This document shows, piece after piece, positions 8,301-17,399 of a stretch of DNA of 32,000 nucleotides. Source of the stretch: Moraxella nasicaprae (GTDB lineage Bacteria > Pseudomonadota > Gammaproteobacteria > Pseudomonadales > Moraxellaceae). The stretch spans positions 810,001 to 842,000 of the forward strand of contig NZ_CP089977.1 of NCBI RefSeq assembly GCF_025643275.1, written 5' to 3'. Numbering within the stretch: position 1 is the stretch's first letter; the number at the start of each line of letters is the position of its first letter. Position numbers and translations under genes: made by a program. The notes beneath the pieces are model-generated. The model ran no database searches. It saw nothing but the letters and a program-made list of their open reading frames with translations, and was not told where the DNA came from.

Positions 8301-8361
8301 ACGCACGATGTCAGCTTGCGTTACATTATTGCTGACAATTTGCCAAAATCACGGATTTGTG

Positions 8362-8397
8362 TGCCAATTGGCAAAAAATAATGCAAATCACTACAAT
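8362..8397 (+). promoter_or_regulatory. candidate sigma70 promoter of the two-component operon, with a 12-bp palindrome over the -35
   Basis: TTGGCA (8368-8373), 18-bp spacer, TACAAT (8392-8397). The perfect palindrome TGCCAATTGGCA (8362-8373) overlaps the -35. Confidence 0.35.
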
Positions 8398-8478
8398 TTT
8401 GTGCTTGCCAAGCTGTACAAATATTGGCAAGATATAGCAATTAAACAGTTATCCGATAAAAGCAAGATAAGGCTTAAC

Positions 8479-9201
8479 ATGAATAAACAAATTTTATTGA
8501 TTGAAGACGATCCAGATTTGGCAGAATTGATTAGCGACTATCTGTCGATGAACTACTACGAAGTACACCATGCTGCCACAGGGCAAATGGGTCTGGATAT
8601 CCTAGAAGCCAAAGAACGAGAAATCAGCCTGATTGTGCTGGATTTGATGCTACCTGACATGGATGGCATGCAAGTTTGCCAAAAAGTGCGTTCATCAAAA
8701 AATACACTCATCAACAAAGTGCCAATCGTAATGCTGACCGCCAAAGGCGACACCACCGACCGTGTTTTGGGCTTGGAAATGGGTGCAGATGATTATGTCG
8801 CCAAGCCCTTTGAGCCACGAGAGCTGTTAGCTCGCATTCGTGCAGTATTGCGTCGCCATGAAACGCCCAACCAAGCAGATGCCAATTTGGGTAGTCTTAG
8901 CTTTGGTCGCTTATCGGTATTTCCCGACAGCCATGAAGTGACCATCGATGAAAAGCCTGTGCGTCTGACCACACACCAGTTCCAACTACTTCATTATTTT
9001 GCCACTCACGCTGGCAAAGTGCTAAGCCGTGAACAGCTGTGGCAAGCAATGCCAAATGATGACAGCTCTGAGAATATTGACCGTGCCATTGATGTGCACA
9101 TCTCTCGCCTGCGTGCCTTGATTGAAGACAATCCACGCCAACCAAAACGCATCATCACCGTGCGTGGCGTTGGTTATCAATTTGCAACCGATCAGGTCTA
9201 A
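8479..9201 (+). CDS. OmpR/PhoB-family DNA-binding response regulator
   Basis: The track ORF (8014-9201) overlaps the upstream gene. The conserved receiver domain starts at ATG 8479 (MNKQILLIEDDPDLAELI...LDLMLPDMDG...MLTAKGD...LGLEMGADDYVAKPFEPRELLARIRAVLRR). The winged-helix C-terminus contains RAIDVHISRLR...IITVRGVGYQF. Confidence 0.92.
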   Translation: MNKQILLIEDDPDLAELISDYLSMNYYEVHHAATGQMGLDILEAKEREISLIVLDLMLPDMDGMQVCQKVRSSKNTLINKVPIVMLTAKGDTTDRVLGLEMGADDYVAKPFEPRELLARIRAVLRRHETPNQADANLGSLSFGRLSVFPDSHEVTIDEKPVRLTTHQFQLLHYFATHAGKVLSREQLWQAMPNDDSSENIDRAIDVHISRLRALIEDNPRQPKRIITVRGVGYQFATDQV

Positions 9202-9243
9202 TGAGACATTGGCGTGCCAATCGGTACGCCTTTTTGGTGTTTT

Positions 9244-10821
9244 ATGCAAAATCAACATGGTAAATTCGGCTTTCGTTCTGTGGCGGCACGCTTATTCATC
9301 AGCGTGTTTTTGGCGTTAATCACTTTTACAATTGCATTCATCTTACTATCCCAATTTGCCCACAATAATTCAGATGCTGCTCGCTCTCGTGCCATCGCCA
9401 GCCAGATTCTAAGTCAAATAGACCCATTTTTGATTGAAGCTGAAACACTCAGCAGCCAAAACAACCTACTACAAGCCAGATTTTCTATGGTGGTCATCAA
9501 AAAAAGTTTTGATATTTTTGATGAAAGCCTTAGTGCCAAGATTGGCTTATACGCTCCTGATGGTCGTCTCATCTTACAAACCGAAGACACCGAGTTGCCA
9601 CAGCAGCTACCACCCAACCCGCCTTGGCTAAGCACTTTGTTTGCCCCAAGTCCGCCTCATACCACCATCACCAACCCACTGGGTTACACCATTTGGTATG
9701 AAAGTCGCACACCGCCAATCCAGCGACCTTTATCAGGCTGGTTTAACTTATTTTCTGGGACGATTTTACTGTTGGTCATCATGTCGGCGGTGCTGTGGTG
9801 GATTTCACACAACATCACTTGGCGTATCAATCAGATGAGCCGTCAAATTGGCAGATTGGGCGATGGTGATTTTAGCGTCAGGGTCAGCGAAGAAGGCAAT
9901 GATGAGATTGCTGCTCTTGCCTATGGCTTTAACCAATCTGCTCAAAAAATCGAACAACTCATCAATGCCAACAGCCTGCTTTTGGCACACGCCTCACACG
10001 AATTTCGCACCCCCATCACTCGCATTCGCTTGCAGATTGAGATGATGGACATGCTGGCTGCCAAACTAAGCGAGGAAGATAAAGCCAAATTTGACAAACG
10101 AGCTTTTGCCATCAACCGTGATTTGACGGGGCTAAATGACCTTGTCGAGAGTATCCTGCTGATCAGTCGCCTTGATGCAGGACACGCCCTACAAGCCACC
10201 GAGCAAGTTGATTTGTATGAGCTGGTTCGCCAAGAATGCCAGCATTATCCAGAAGCCAGTCTTGCTGCCGAAGCCATCGTTTTGCCCGCTCAGCCTAAGC
10301 TATTGACACATCTGGTTCGCAATCTGCTTAATAATGCCATGATTCATGGCGTGCCACCCGTACAAGTCTATCTATACGGTGTCAGTACACCTGACGATGC
10401 CCAACTCATTCCACAGGCACTCATCGACTGCATGAACGATGACTGCACCAGCGATGTCTTGTTTGAAAATACGTCAGATGATGAGGATAATACCCACAAA
10501 AAAACCGCCTTTTTAAAACGGTTTGGCAAAGATAAACCCAAAGAAAAGCCTAAGCCAAATTTTGCCGTACTGTCTTTCATCGATCAGGGCGATGGCATTG
10601 CCGAAGACAAACGCCAAGATATTTTTAGCCCCTTTGTTCGTCTAAAACAAGAGAAAAAAGGCTCAGGATTAGGCTTATCATTGGTATCGCAGATTGTCGA
10701 AGCCCACAACGGACAAATCTATACCGACACCTATCAAGGCAAAACTCGATTTGTGGTCATCTTGCCCACCAAGCCCAAAGCCACCTTTGATGACACCACC
10801 GACAAATCCGCCACAAAATAA
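9244..10821 (+). CDS. sensor histidine kinase (two TM helices, periplasmic domain, HAMP, HisKA, HATPase_c with a large insertion)
   Basis: The track start is GTG 9214. ATG 9244 is preferred because GGTG lies 5 nt upstream. H-box HASHEFRTPIT, N-box LVRNLLNNAMIHG, G1 DQGDGI, F-box IFSPFVR, G2 GSGLGLSLV. About 85 aa separate the N and G1 boxes. Confidence 0.9.
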   Translation: MQNQHGKFGFRSVAARLFISVFLALITFTIAFILLSQFAHNNSDAARSRAIASQILSQIDPFLIEAETLSSQNNLLQARFSMVVIKKSFDIFDESLSAKIGLYAPDGRLILQTEDTELPQQLPPNPPWLSTLFAPSPPHTTITNPLGYTIWYESRTPPIQRPLSGWFNLFSGTILLLVIMSAVLWWISHNITWRINQMSRQIGRLGDGDFSVRVSEEGNDEIAALAYGFNQSAQKIEQLINANSLLLAHASHEFRTPITRIRLQIEMMDMLAAKLSEEDKAKFDKRAFAINRDLTGLNDLVESILLISRLDAGHALQATEQVDLYELVRQECQHYPEASLAAEAIVLPAQPKLLTHLVRNLLNNAMIHGVPPVQVYLYGVSTPDDAQLIPQALIDCMNDDCTSDVLFENTSDDEDNTHKKTAFLKRFGKDKPKEKPKPNFAVLSFIDQGDGIAEDKRQDIFSPFVRLKQEKKGSGLGLSLVSQIVEAHNGQIYTDTYQGKTRFVVILPTKPKATFDDTTDKSATK

Positions 10822-10885
10822 ACCAACGATTTTGTCAATTTTGTGCTATATTATGAGGTTTTAAATTTTATCACCTCATCAATTT

Positions 10886-11947
10886 ATGAATACAGCCAAG
10901 CCCATGATACAACTGGACAATGTCAGCAAAGAGTTTTTGCTTGAAAAAGACGGCAAGCACACGCCATTTTTGGCGGTCAAACCCACCACTTTACACATCA
11001 AACAAGGCGAAATCTTTGGCATCATCGGTGCTTCTGGTGCAGGAAAATCCACACTAATCCGCTGTGTCAATCTGCTTGAACGCCCCACCACAGGCTCGGT
11101 GGTGATTGATGGCGAAGATTTAACCAAACTAGACGACCGCCAGCTCATCGCTGCACGCCGTCAAATTGGTATGATTTTTCAGCATTTTAATCTATTGCAT
11201 TCTCGTACTGTCTTTGACAATGTAGCATTGCCACTAGAATTGTCAAACACCCCAAGACAACAAATCAAACAAAAAGTCGATGAATTATTGGCATTGGTGG
11301 GCTTGACCGAACGACAACATGCCTATCCTGCTAACCTGTCTGGTGGACAAAAACAGCGTGTTGCCATCGCTCGTGCCTTAGCCTGCGACCCAAAAGTCCT
11401 GCTGTGCGATGAAGCCACCAGTGCCTTAGACCCTGCCACCACACAGTCTATCCTAAAACTACTCAAAGACATCAACGCCACGCTTGGCATCACCATCTTG
11501 CTCATCACGCACGAGATGGAAGTGGTCAAACGCATCTGCCATCAAGTCGCCATTATGGATCAAGGACAACTCATTGAACAAGGTAGTGTCAGCGATATCT
11601 TTGCCAATCCGCAAACCGCACTTGCCAAACAATTCATTCAGTCCACACTAGACATAGGCTTGCCCGATGAATACATAAAGCGTCTATCCGCCAAGCAAAT
11701 CGCTGGCACATATCCTGTCATCAAGATTGAGCTGACAGGAAATTCAGACGACTTACCTTTATTATCCCAACTTGCCAAACGCTTTGATGTCGAATTTGAC
11801 CTACTAAGCTCGCAAGTAGAATATGCAGGCGATGTTCGTTTTGGATTTATGATTGCCAGATTGGTCGGCAGTCAAGATGCCATCAATCAGAGCATCGAAT
11901 TTTTGCAAACGCACCAGACCACCGTAGGAGTACTTGGCTATGTTTAA
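10886..11947 (+). CDS. metN: methionine ABC transporter ATP-binding protein
   Basis: Walker [10 protein letters not shown], signature [15 protein letters not shown], Walker [13 protein letters not shown], and a C-terminal NIL-type domain. Followed by metI and metQ homologues. Confidence 0.9.
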   Translation: MNTAKPMIQLDNVSKEFLLEKDGKHTPFLAVKPTTLHIKQGEIFGIIGASGAGKSTLIRCVNLLERPTTGSVVIDGEDLTKLDDRQLIAARRQIGMIFQHFNLLHSRTVFDNVALPLELSNTPRQQIKQKVDELLALVGLTERQHAYPANLSGGQKQRVAIARALACDPKVLLCDEATSALDPATTQSILKLLKDINATLGITILLITHEMEVVKRICHQVAIMDQGQLIEQGSVSDIFANPQTALAKQFIQSTLDIGLPDEYIKRLSAKQIAGTYPVIKIELTGNSDDLPLLSQLAKRFDVEFDLLSSQVEYAGDVRFGFMIARLVGSQDAINQSIEFLQTHQTTVGVLGYV

Positions 11948-12629
11948 TGAAATGTATCAAGATTTTCTGAACGAACTTAGCCCAAAAATGTGGGAAATGG
12001 TCGGTACTGCTACTTATGAAACGCTGTACATGGGGCTGGCATCAACCCTGCTGGCGGTGTTGATTGGCTTGCCACTTGGATTTTTGGCATTTTTGACGGA
12101 TAAAGGTCGCATTTTGCAAAACCGCACCATCTTTAACCTTCTTGATGTCATCATCAATGTCGGTCGGTCAGTGCCATTCATCATTTTGCTGATTGTCTTA
12201 TTGCCTATCACTCGTATGCTGGTTGGCACAACACTTGGCACGACAGCCGCCATCGTACCACTAAGTATCGCTGCCATTCCATTTTTTGCCAGATTAACCG
12301 CCAACGCTTTGGTTGAGATTCCCACAGGTCTGACCGAAGCCGCCAAATCAATGGGGGCAACGCATTGGCAAGTGGTCAGTAAATATTATCTGCCAGAAAG
12401 TCTGCCCATCATCATCAATGCCATCACTTTGACGCTGGTGTCGCTCATCGGTTATTCAGCGATGGCAGGTGTTGTCGGTGGTGGCGGTCTGGGTAGTCTT
12501 GCCATCAATTATGGTGAGCATCGCAATATGATTTATGTCAAATGGATTAGCACCATCATCATTGTCGCCATCGTGATGATTTGCCAAAAAATCGGTGATA
12601 TCCTAGCAGCAAAAGCAGACCATCGCTAG
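11940..12629 (+). CDS. metI: methionine ABC transporter permease
   Basis: The track start is TTG 11934. ATG 11940 has GGAG 9 nt upstream and overlaps the metN stop by 8 nt. Five-TM permease with an EAA-like loop ([17 protein letters not shown]). Confidence 0.9.
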   Translation: MFNEMYQDFLNELSPKMWEMVGTATYETLYMGLASTLLAVLIGLPLGFLAFLTDKGRILQNRTIFNLLDVIINVGRSVPFIILLIVLLPITRMLVGTTLGTTAAIVPLSIAAIPFFARLTANALVEIPTGLTEAAKSMGATHWQVVSKYYLPESLPIIINAITLTLVSLIGYSAMAGVVGGGGLGSLAINYGEHRNMIYVKWISTIIIVAIVMICQKIGDILAAKADHR

Positions 12630-12852
12630 ATGATTATGCCATTTTGGCATGAAGTTTTTTCATTTTAACTTGAAAAATATTGTTGTGAATCATTGTCATT
12701 TTATGGTTTAATATGCACAAGCAAACTTGGCGTCGATACCGCCCATTGTCTTTATACCAAAAGCAAATCGGGCAAGTCATTCGGTGCCAATGAAGTCAAG
12801 GAATGTCTTTGACAGGCTTTATGATTGGTTAATTTTTATTAAGGAATAAATC

Positions 12853-13689
12853 ATGCAATTAACAAAATTATTTGGTATCTGTGCCATCGTGTCAGGCTTG
12901 GCATTGGCTGGCTGTGGTAATGATAAAAAAGCAGAACAACCTGCCGCTGATACTCCTGCTGCCCAAAGCATCAAAGTGGGCGTGATGAGCGGTCCTGAAC
13001 ACGCTGTTGCCGAAGTGGCTGCCAAAGTCGCCAAAGAAAAATATAACCTTGATGTGACTTATGTCGAATTTAACGACTATGCCCTGCCAAACACCGCCGT
13101 TTCCAAAGGCGATTTAGACGCTAACGCCATGCAGCATAAGCCATATCTGGACAAAGATAAAGCCGAAAAACACCTAGACAACCTTGCCATCGTGGGCAAT
13201 ACTTTTGTCTATCCATTGGCAGGCTATTCAAAGAAAATCAAAAACATCTCAGAATTGGCTGATGGTGCGACTGTGGCTGTGCCAAACGACCCATCAAACC
13301 TAGCTCGTGCATTGATTTTGCTTGAAAAACAAGGCTTGATTAAACTAAAAGATAACAACAACCTATTCTCAACTTCACTGGACATCATCGAAAATCCAAA
13401 AAATCTAAAAATCCAAGAAGTGGATACTTCTGTTGCCGCTCGTGCCTTGGACGATGTGGATTTGGCAGTGGTTAATAACACCTATGCAGGTCAAGTTGGT
13501 CTAAATGCTACTGAGCATGGTATTTTTATCGAAGATAAAGATTCACCTTATGTGAACATCATTGTGGCTCGTACCGACAACCAAGATTCAGAAGCGGTTC
13601 AAAATTTCGTCAAGGCCTATCAGTCTGATGAAGTAGAAGCCGAAGCCAAAAAGCTGTTTAAAGAAGGCGGCGTGGTAAAAGGCTGGTAA
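12853..13689 (+). CDS. metQ: methionine-binding lipoprotein (NlpA/MetQ family)
   Basis: AAGGA Shine-Dalgarno, lipobox LALAGC, and full-length resemblance to MetQ/NlpA substrate-binding proteins (VGVMSGPEH..., NDYALPNTAVSKGDLDANAMQHKPYLD, VPNDPSNLARAL). Confidence 0.9.
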   Translation: MQLTKLFGICAIVSGLALAGCGNDKKAEQPAADTPAAQSIKVGVMSGPEHAVAEVAAKVAKEKYNLDVTYVEFNDYALPNTAVSKGDLDANAMQHKPYLDKDKAEKHLDNLAIVGNTFVYPLAGYSKKIKNISELADGATVAVPNDPSNLARALILLEKQGLIKLKDNNNLFSTSLDIIENPKNLKIQEVDTSVAARALDDVDLAVVNNTYAGQVGLNATEHGIFIEDKDSPYVNIIVARTDNQDSEAVQNFVKAYQSDEVEAEAKKLFKEGGVVKGW

Positions 13690-13702
13690 TTTTCAAGCCC
13701 AC

Positions 13703-13735
13703 AAAAAAAATCCCTTTTGATGAAGGGATTTTTTA
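13703..13735. terminator. bidirectional intrinsic terminator between the convergent metQ and ccmE genes
   Basis: ATCCCTT (13710-13716), loop TTGATG, AAGGGAT (13723-13729). Flanked by an A8 run upstream and a T5 run downstream. Confidence 0.65.
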
Positions 13736-13855
13736 TTTGTTGGCTTGACCACACCAATCAAGTTCCAAGCCATTAACGCTTAACTTATGACATCATGCCA
13801 CCTGTATCTTGTACGGCTCTTTTTTGGTTTTATCACTCAAATTACTGGCACTAGA

Positions 13856-14365
13856 TTATTGGCTTTGATTTCGTTCGTCAATCTCACTCATTGGCGTTGC
13901 TGGCACAAATTGCCCATTATTCACATCTGTGCCACGCTCGCTGTGTTCGGTTTTTAAAGACTTGGCAACTTCTGGTGGCATGTAGTTTTCATCATGTTTG
14001 GCAAGCACTTCGCTGGCAACAAACACACCATCTTGAAGTTTGCCTGTGGCAACCACGCCTGAATTTTCAGCAAACAAATCAGGCAATACGCCACGATAGG
14101 TCACAGGCACAACCGATTTGAAATCGGTGATTTGAAACTGGATATTAAGCTGGTCGCTTGGGTCACGCTTGACCGAACCTGCCACCACCATACCACCTGC
14201 ACGAATGCGTTTATCCTCAGGGGCTTGTCCTGTGCTGATGGCGGTTGGGTCAAAATAGTAGTCAGTTTGGTTGCGAATGGCGTATAAAATCAACGCAACA
14301 GCAACAATCGCCCCTAATAGCACCGCCATTACCCACATCATCTTTTTTTGTCGTACTACATTCAT
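13856..14365 (-). CDS. ccmE: cytochrome c maturation haem chaperone CcmE
   Basis: N-terminal TM anchor, an OB-fold-like body ([12 protein letters not shown]...), and the haem-binding motif [13 protein letters not shown]. Confidence 0.9.
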   Translation of the reverse strand: MNVVRQKKMMWVMAVLLGAIVAVALILYAIRNQTDYYFDPTAISTGQAPEDKRIRAGGMVVAGSVKRDPSDQLNIQFQITDFKSVVPVTYRGVLPDLFAENSGVVATGKLQDGVFVASEVLAKHDENYMPPEVAKSLKTEHSERGTDVNNGQFVPATPMSEIDERNQSQ

Positions 14366-14378
14366 GTCATCACCACAG

Positions 14379-14585
14379 TCAGCTTGATTGTTGTTTGCGT
14401 TGTTTATTGGTTAGGCGTGATTGGTGCTGTCTGCCTAATCGTGCCAGCACCTGCCGTCTTTCGATTCTGGCATACATAATCAATGCAAACACCGCCACAA
14501 AAACGATGGCATAGCACAGCCAGACATAAAAACCATGCCCACCCATCGCCAAAAACGCTTGTATGCTTTGAAAATATGGGGTCAT
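14379..14585 (-). CDS. ccmD: haem exporter protein CcmD
   Basis: 68-aa single-TM protein ([24 protein letters not shown]...RRQ) lying between ccmC and ccmE. It overlaps the ccmC stop by 4 nt. Confidence 0.75.
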   Translation of the reverse strand: MTPYFQSIQAFLAMGGHGFYVWLCYAIVFVAVFALIMYARIERRQVLARLGRQHQSRLTNKQRKQQSS

Positions 14586-15394
14586 GACGACACCTCCGCA
14601 GGCTTGGTAAGTTTACGAAGTACCCACGCCTTATTATATTCTCTGCCTAAAATCAGCGAATTGGTGCGATAAATCGCCAAAGCCGCCACCAAAAAATACA
14701 TACCAAGTAACATTACCAATAAAGGCAACCACATTGATGCACTCATCTTTGGGGCATTGGTCACCGTAAAAGTCGCCCCTTGATGTAGCGTATTCCACCA
14801 TTCAACCGAATATTTGATGATGGGCAAATTGACCGCACCCACGATGGATAAAATCGCCGCCGCCTTGCCTTTGTTGGTGCTATGCTCAAAGGCGGTAAAC
14901 AATGCCATCACGCCAGCATATAAAAACGCCAAAATCAACATCGAAGTCAATCGTGCGTCCCACACCCAATAAGTACCCCAAGTCGGCTTTGCCCAAATCG
15001 ACCCCGTCAAAAGACTAAGCACGCACATCACAAACCCAATGGGAGCGATGGCTTGGGCGACCAGATTGGCGGTCTTGATTTTCCAAACCAAAAAAATCAC
15101 GCCAAGCACTGCCATCGCCAGATAGATAGACATCGCAAGGCTGGCGGTCGGCACATGAATGAAAATGATGCGATAGCTATTGCCTTGCAGATAATCAGGG
15201 GGTGCAAATCCCAAACCCCAAATCGTCCCAATGGTCAATAGCACGCCTGCAATCATCGCCAGCCATTTGACCCATGGCGAAAAAATATGAAAAAATCGCT
15301 CTGTGCCAACAGTTGTCAAAAATCCCTGCCACAAACGCTCAAAAAACCCTGTCTTGGCGGCAGCTTTTGGGGTATTATTTGGCATATTCATCAA
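14582..15394 (-). CDS. ccmC: haem lyase/exporter subunit CcmC
   Basis: Multi-TM protein with the tryptophan-rich WWD motif (WAKPTWGTYWVWDARLTS) and conserved His residues. Confidence 0.9.
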   Translation of the reverse strand: MMNMPNNTPKAAAKTGFFERLWQGFLTTVGTERFFHIFSPWVKWLAMIAGVLLTIGTIWGLGFAPPDYLQGNSYRIIFIHVPTASLAMSIYLAMAVLGVIFLVWKIKTANLVAQAIAPIGFVMCVLSLLTGSIWAKPTWGTYWVWDARLTSMLILAFLYAGVMALFTAFEHSTNKGKAAAILSIVGAVNLPIIKYSVEWWNTLHQGATFTVTNAPKMSASMWLPLLVMLLGMYFLVAALAIYRTNSLILGREYNKAWVLRKLTKPAEVSS

Positions 15395-15574
15395 CCCAAT
15401 CTCATCTGATGAGAATATTTAGATATGTGTTTAAATCTGCTTATTATAACACAAAAAGTCGATTACGGCATTGCTCTTGCCATTTTATCGAAGTTTGCCA
15501 AGATACCCTGATTCTGGCAAATATGACAGCAAAAATTCTTAAAATATTAGATTGGTAAAAATCATCATAAAAAC

Positions 15575-15603
15575 TTGTAAAATTGTTCATTTGCTTGCAT
15601 AAT
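15575..15603 (+). promoter_or_regulatory. candidate sigma70 promoter for the DUF1190 / ATP-grasp gene pair
   Basis: TTGTAA (15575-15580), 17-bp spacer, CATAAT (15598-15603). GGAG lies 8 nt upstream of ATG 15628. Confidence 0.4.
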
Positions 15604-15627
15604 GAATTTTTTGTTTTGGAGATTACG

Positions 15628-16176
15628 ATGACTACTTCTTCACGCCGCTCAGCACAAATTTCTTTGGTGTTACTTGGTACAGCAGGGCTTGGCTTGACCG
15701 CCTGTTCGCCTGAACAAGCTGCCACTCCCGCCCCAGTTACCCAAGAACAAACCACAGTTTCACAAAACGCACAGCCCACCTATTCTAGCCCAGAGGCACA
15801 AGCACTCCAAGAGCAAGCCGCTGCTCTGCAAGCCCAAGCAGCTCAGCTAGAAGAACAAGCCCTACAAACCGCCCAAGCCGAACAAACAGACCAAGCGTCT
15901 GCCGACAATGGTAGTGGTGTTGGCACAATGCTTGGTGCGGCAGCAGCTGGTGCGGCGGCAGGCTATCTGGCAAGTAAAGCTGCAAACAATCGTGCCACCG
16001 CAGCCGCTCAAACCGCTCAAACACCCACCACCACTCAGCAACCTGTCCAATCACAGGCTGCCACCAATGCCAACAACCAAAAAGCTGCTGCTGCCCAAAA
16101 CAGCCAAGACGCTCGCACAGGCACAAACCGTAGTGGTTTTGGAGCGACGGGCGGAGCAACAGGTGCTGGCTCATAA
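15628..16176 (+). CDS. Ala/Gln-rich lipoprotein, YgiB-like (DUF1190 family)
   Basis: The track ORF starts at 15583. ATG 15628 has a good Shine-Dalgarno and gives MTTSSRRSAQISLVLLGTAGLGLTAC (lipobox). The central region is low-complexity Q/A-rich. A Gly/Ala hydrophobic segment (MLGAAAAGAAAGYLASKA) and the C-terminal RSGFGATGG recall E. coli YgiB/YjfM. It sits immediately upstream of a YgiC-like gene, as in E. coli. Confidence 0.6.
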   Translation: MTTSSRRSAQISLVLLGTAGLGLTACSPEQAATPAPVTQEQTTVSQNAQPTYSSPEAQALQEQAAALQAQAAQLEEQALQTAQAEQTDQASADNGSGVGTMLGAAAAGAAAGYLASKAANNRATAAAQTAQTPTTTQQPVQSQAATNANNQKAAAAQNSQDARTGTNRSGFGATGGATGAGS

Positions 16177-16203
16177 ACAACTTTCTTAGATGGCTAAATA
16201 ACG

Positions 16204-17358
16204 ATGAAACGCATTCAAGTAACACCTCGTCCAAATTGGCAAGATGAAATGAGTCGAATTGGCTTTGATTATCACAGTATTGATGGTAATTATTGGCAAG
16301 AAGATGCCTGCTATCTGTTTGATGAGCAAGAAATTGATACCCTAGAAAGCACCACCGAAACCTTGCACGCCATGTACATGCAAGCAGTAGGACAAGTGGT
16401 CAAATCTGGCGACTATGCCAGACTTGGTATCAATGATACTGCCGCCACGCTGATTGAACGCAGTTTTGCTCGTCAAGAAATGAGCCTATACGGACGATTT
16501 GATTTATGCTTTGATGGCAAAAATCCCCCCAAGCTCTACGAGTATAATGCTGACACGCCAACCTCTTTGTTCGAGGCAAGTGTCGCTCAGTGGTATTGGT
16601 TGCAAGCTCAGACAGGAGAGCTTGCCAATGCCGACCAGTTTAACAGCATTCACGAGCGACTTTTGGTACAGTTTGGTGCATTAAAAGCACAAAGTTTGGG
16701 GGAGTTTTTCTTACATTTTACTGCCGTCAGCCGTAGTGATGAAGACCGCATTACCACCCAATACTTACAAGATGTTGCCATTCAAGCAGGATTGGCGACT
16801 GATTATCTGGACATTGGGGCGATTGGCTGGCGACAACATGACCTAAACTTTACCGACACCCAAGATAGGGTCATTCGCCATCTGTTTAAACTTTATCCTT
16901 GGGAGTGGCTGCTTGCCGAAGAGTTTGGGCAGCATATCGCCAGCAGTCAAACCAACTTTATCGAGCCTGCCTACAAGCTACTGATGAGCAACAAGGCTCT
17001 GCTGGCGGTACTATGGGAGATGTTCCCTAACCACCCCAATCTATTGCCCGCCAGTCTTAATCCCAACGAGCTGGGCGGTCAGGTTGTCAAAAAACCTTTC
17101 TTTTCTCGTGAAGGGGCAAATATTCATTTGCAATATGGCAACACCACGCTCAATACAACAGGCGACTATGGCAATGAAGGTTTTGTTTATCAAGCCACCC
17201 ATCCTCTACCAGCATTCACCAACAATCACGGACAGACTGTCTATGCCGTCATCGGTAGCTGGATTGTCGGCAATGGTGCAGCTGGTATTGGCGTGCGAGA
17301 AGATGACACACTCATCACCAAAGACACCAGCCTGTTTGTGCCACACGCTTTTTTGTGA
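16204..17358 (+). CDS. glutathionylspermidine-synthase-family ATP-grasp protein (YgiC/YjfC-like)
   Basis: 384 aa. Recognisable blocks: RPNWQDEMSRIGFDYH, NADTPTSLFEA, FKLYPWEWLL, SNKALLAVLWEMFPNHPNLLPA, KKPFFSREGANI, GSWIVGNGAAGIGVRED. Confidence 0.85.
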   Translation: MKRIQVTPRPNWQDEMSRIGFDYHSIDGNYWQEDACYLFDEQEIDTLESTTETLHAMYMQAVGQVVKSGDYARLGINDTAATLIERSFARQEMSLYGRFDLCFDGKNPPKLYEYNADTPTSLFEASVAQWYWLQAQTGELANADQFNSIHERLLVQFGALKAQSLGEFFLHFTAVSRSDEDRITTQYLQDVAIQAGLATDYLDIGAIGWRQHDLNFTDTQDRVIRHLFKLYPWEWLLAEEFGQHIASSQTNFIEPAYKLLMSNKALLAVLWEMFPNHPNLLPASLNPNELGGQVVKKPFFSREGANIHLQYGNTTLNTTGDYGNEGFVYQATHPLPAFTNNHGQTVYAVIGSWIVGNGAAGIGVREDDTLITKDTSLFVPHAFL

Positions 17359-17361
17359 AGT

Positions 17362-17398
17362 AAAAAAAATCCTAAGTCAGATTGACTTAGGATTTTTG
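17362..17398. terminator. bidirectional intrinsic terminator between the convergent ATP-grasp and MFS genes
   Basis: ATCCTAAGTC (17369-17378), 5-nt loop, GACTTAGGAT (17384-17393). Flanked by an A8 run upstream and a T5 run downstream. Confidence 0.7.
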
Positions 17399-17399
17399 T

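Noticed and set aside
8362-8373. The 12-bp palindrome TGCCAATTGGCA, considered as a significant operator on its own.
   Set aside because: Perfect 12-bp palindromes are expected several times by chance in 32 kb. I kept it only as a note attached to the candidate promoter because it overlaps the -35.
8014-8478. The long N-terminal extension of the response-regulator ORF (track ORF 8014-9201, 395 aa).
   Set aside because: The extension overlaps the 3' end of the upstream lipoprotein gene in another frame and has no receiver-domain similarity. The conserved receiver domain begins exactly at ATG 8479 (MNKQILLIEDD).
15495-15530. TTGCCA-N14-TGGCAA inverted repeat and TGGCAA...CAGC, considered as a sigma54 (-24/-12) promoter upstream of ccmC or the DUF1190 gene.
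   Set aside because: The GG-to-GC spacing is 11 rather than 10, and the -12 element does not match TTGC. There is no enhancer-binding protein nearby.
15444-16234. Minus-strand ORFs (111, 149 and 62 aa) and a 93-aa plus-strand ORF overlapping the Ala/Gln-rich lipoprotein gene.
   Set aside because: These are artefacts of the low-complexity GCN/CAR repeats, which are open in several frames. Only the frame with the signal peptide, lipobox, Shine-Dalgarno and promoter is credible.
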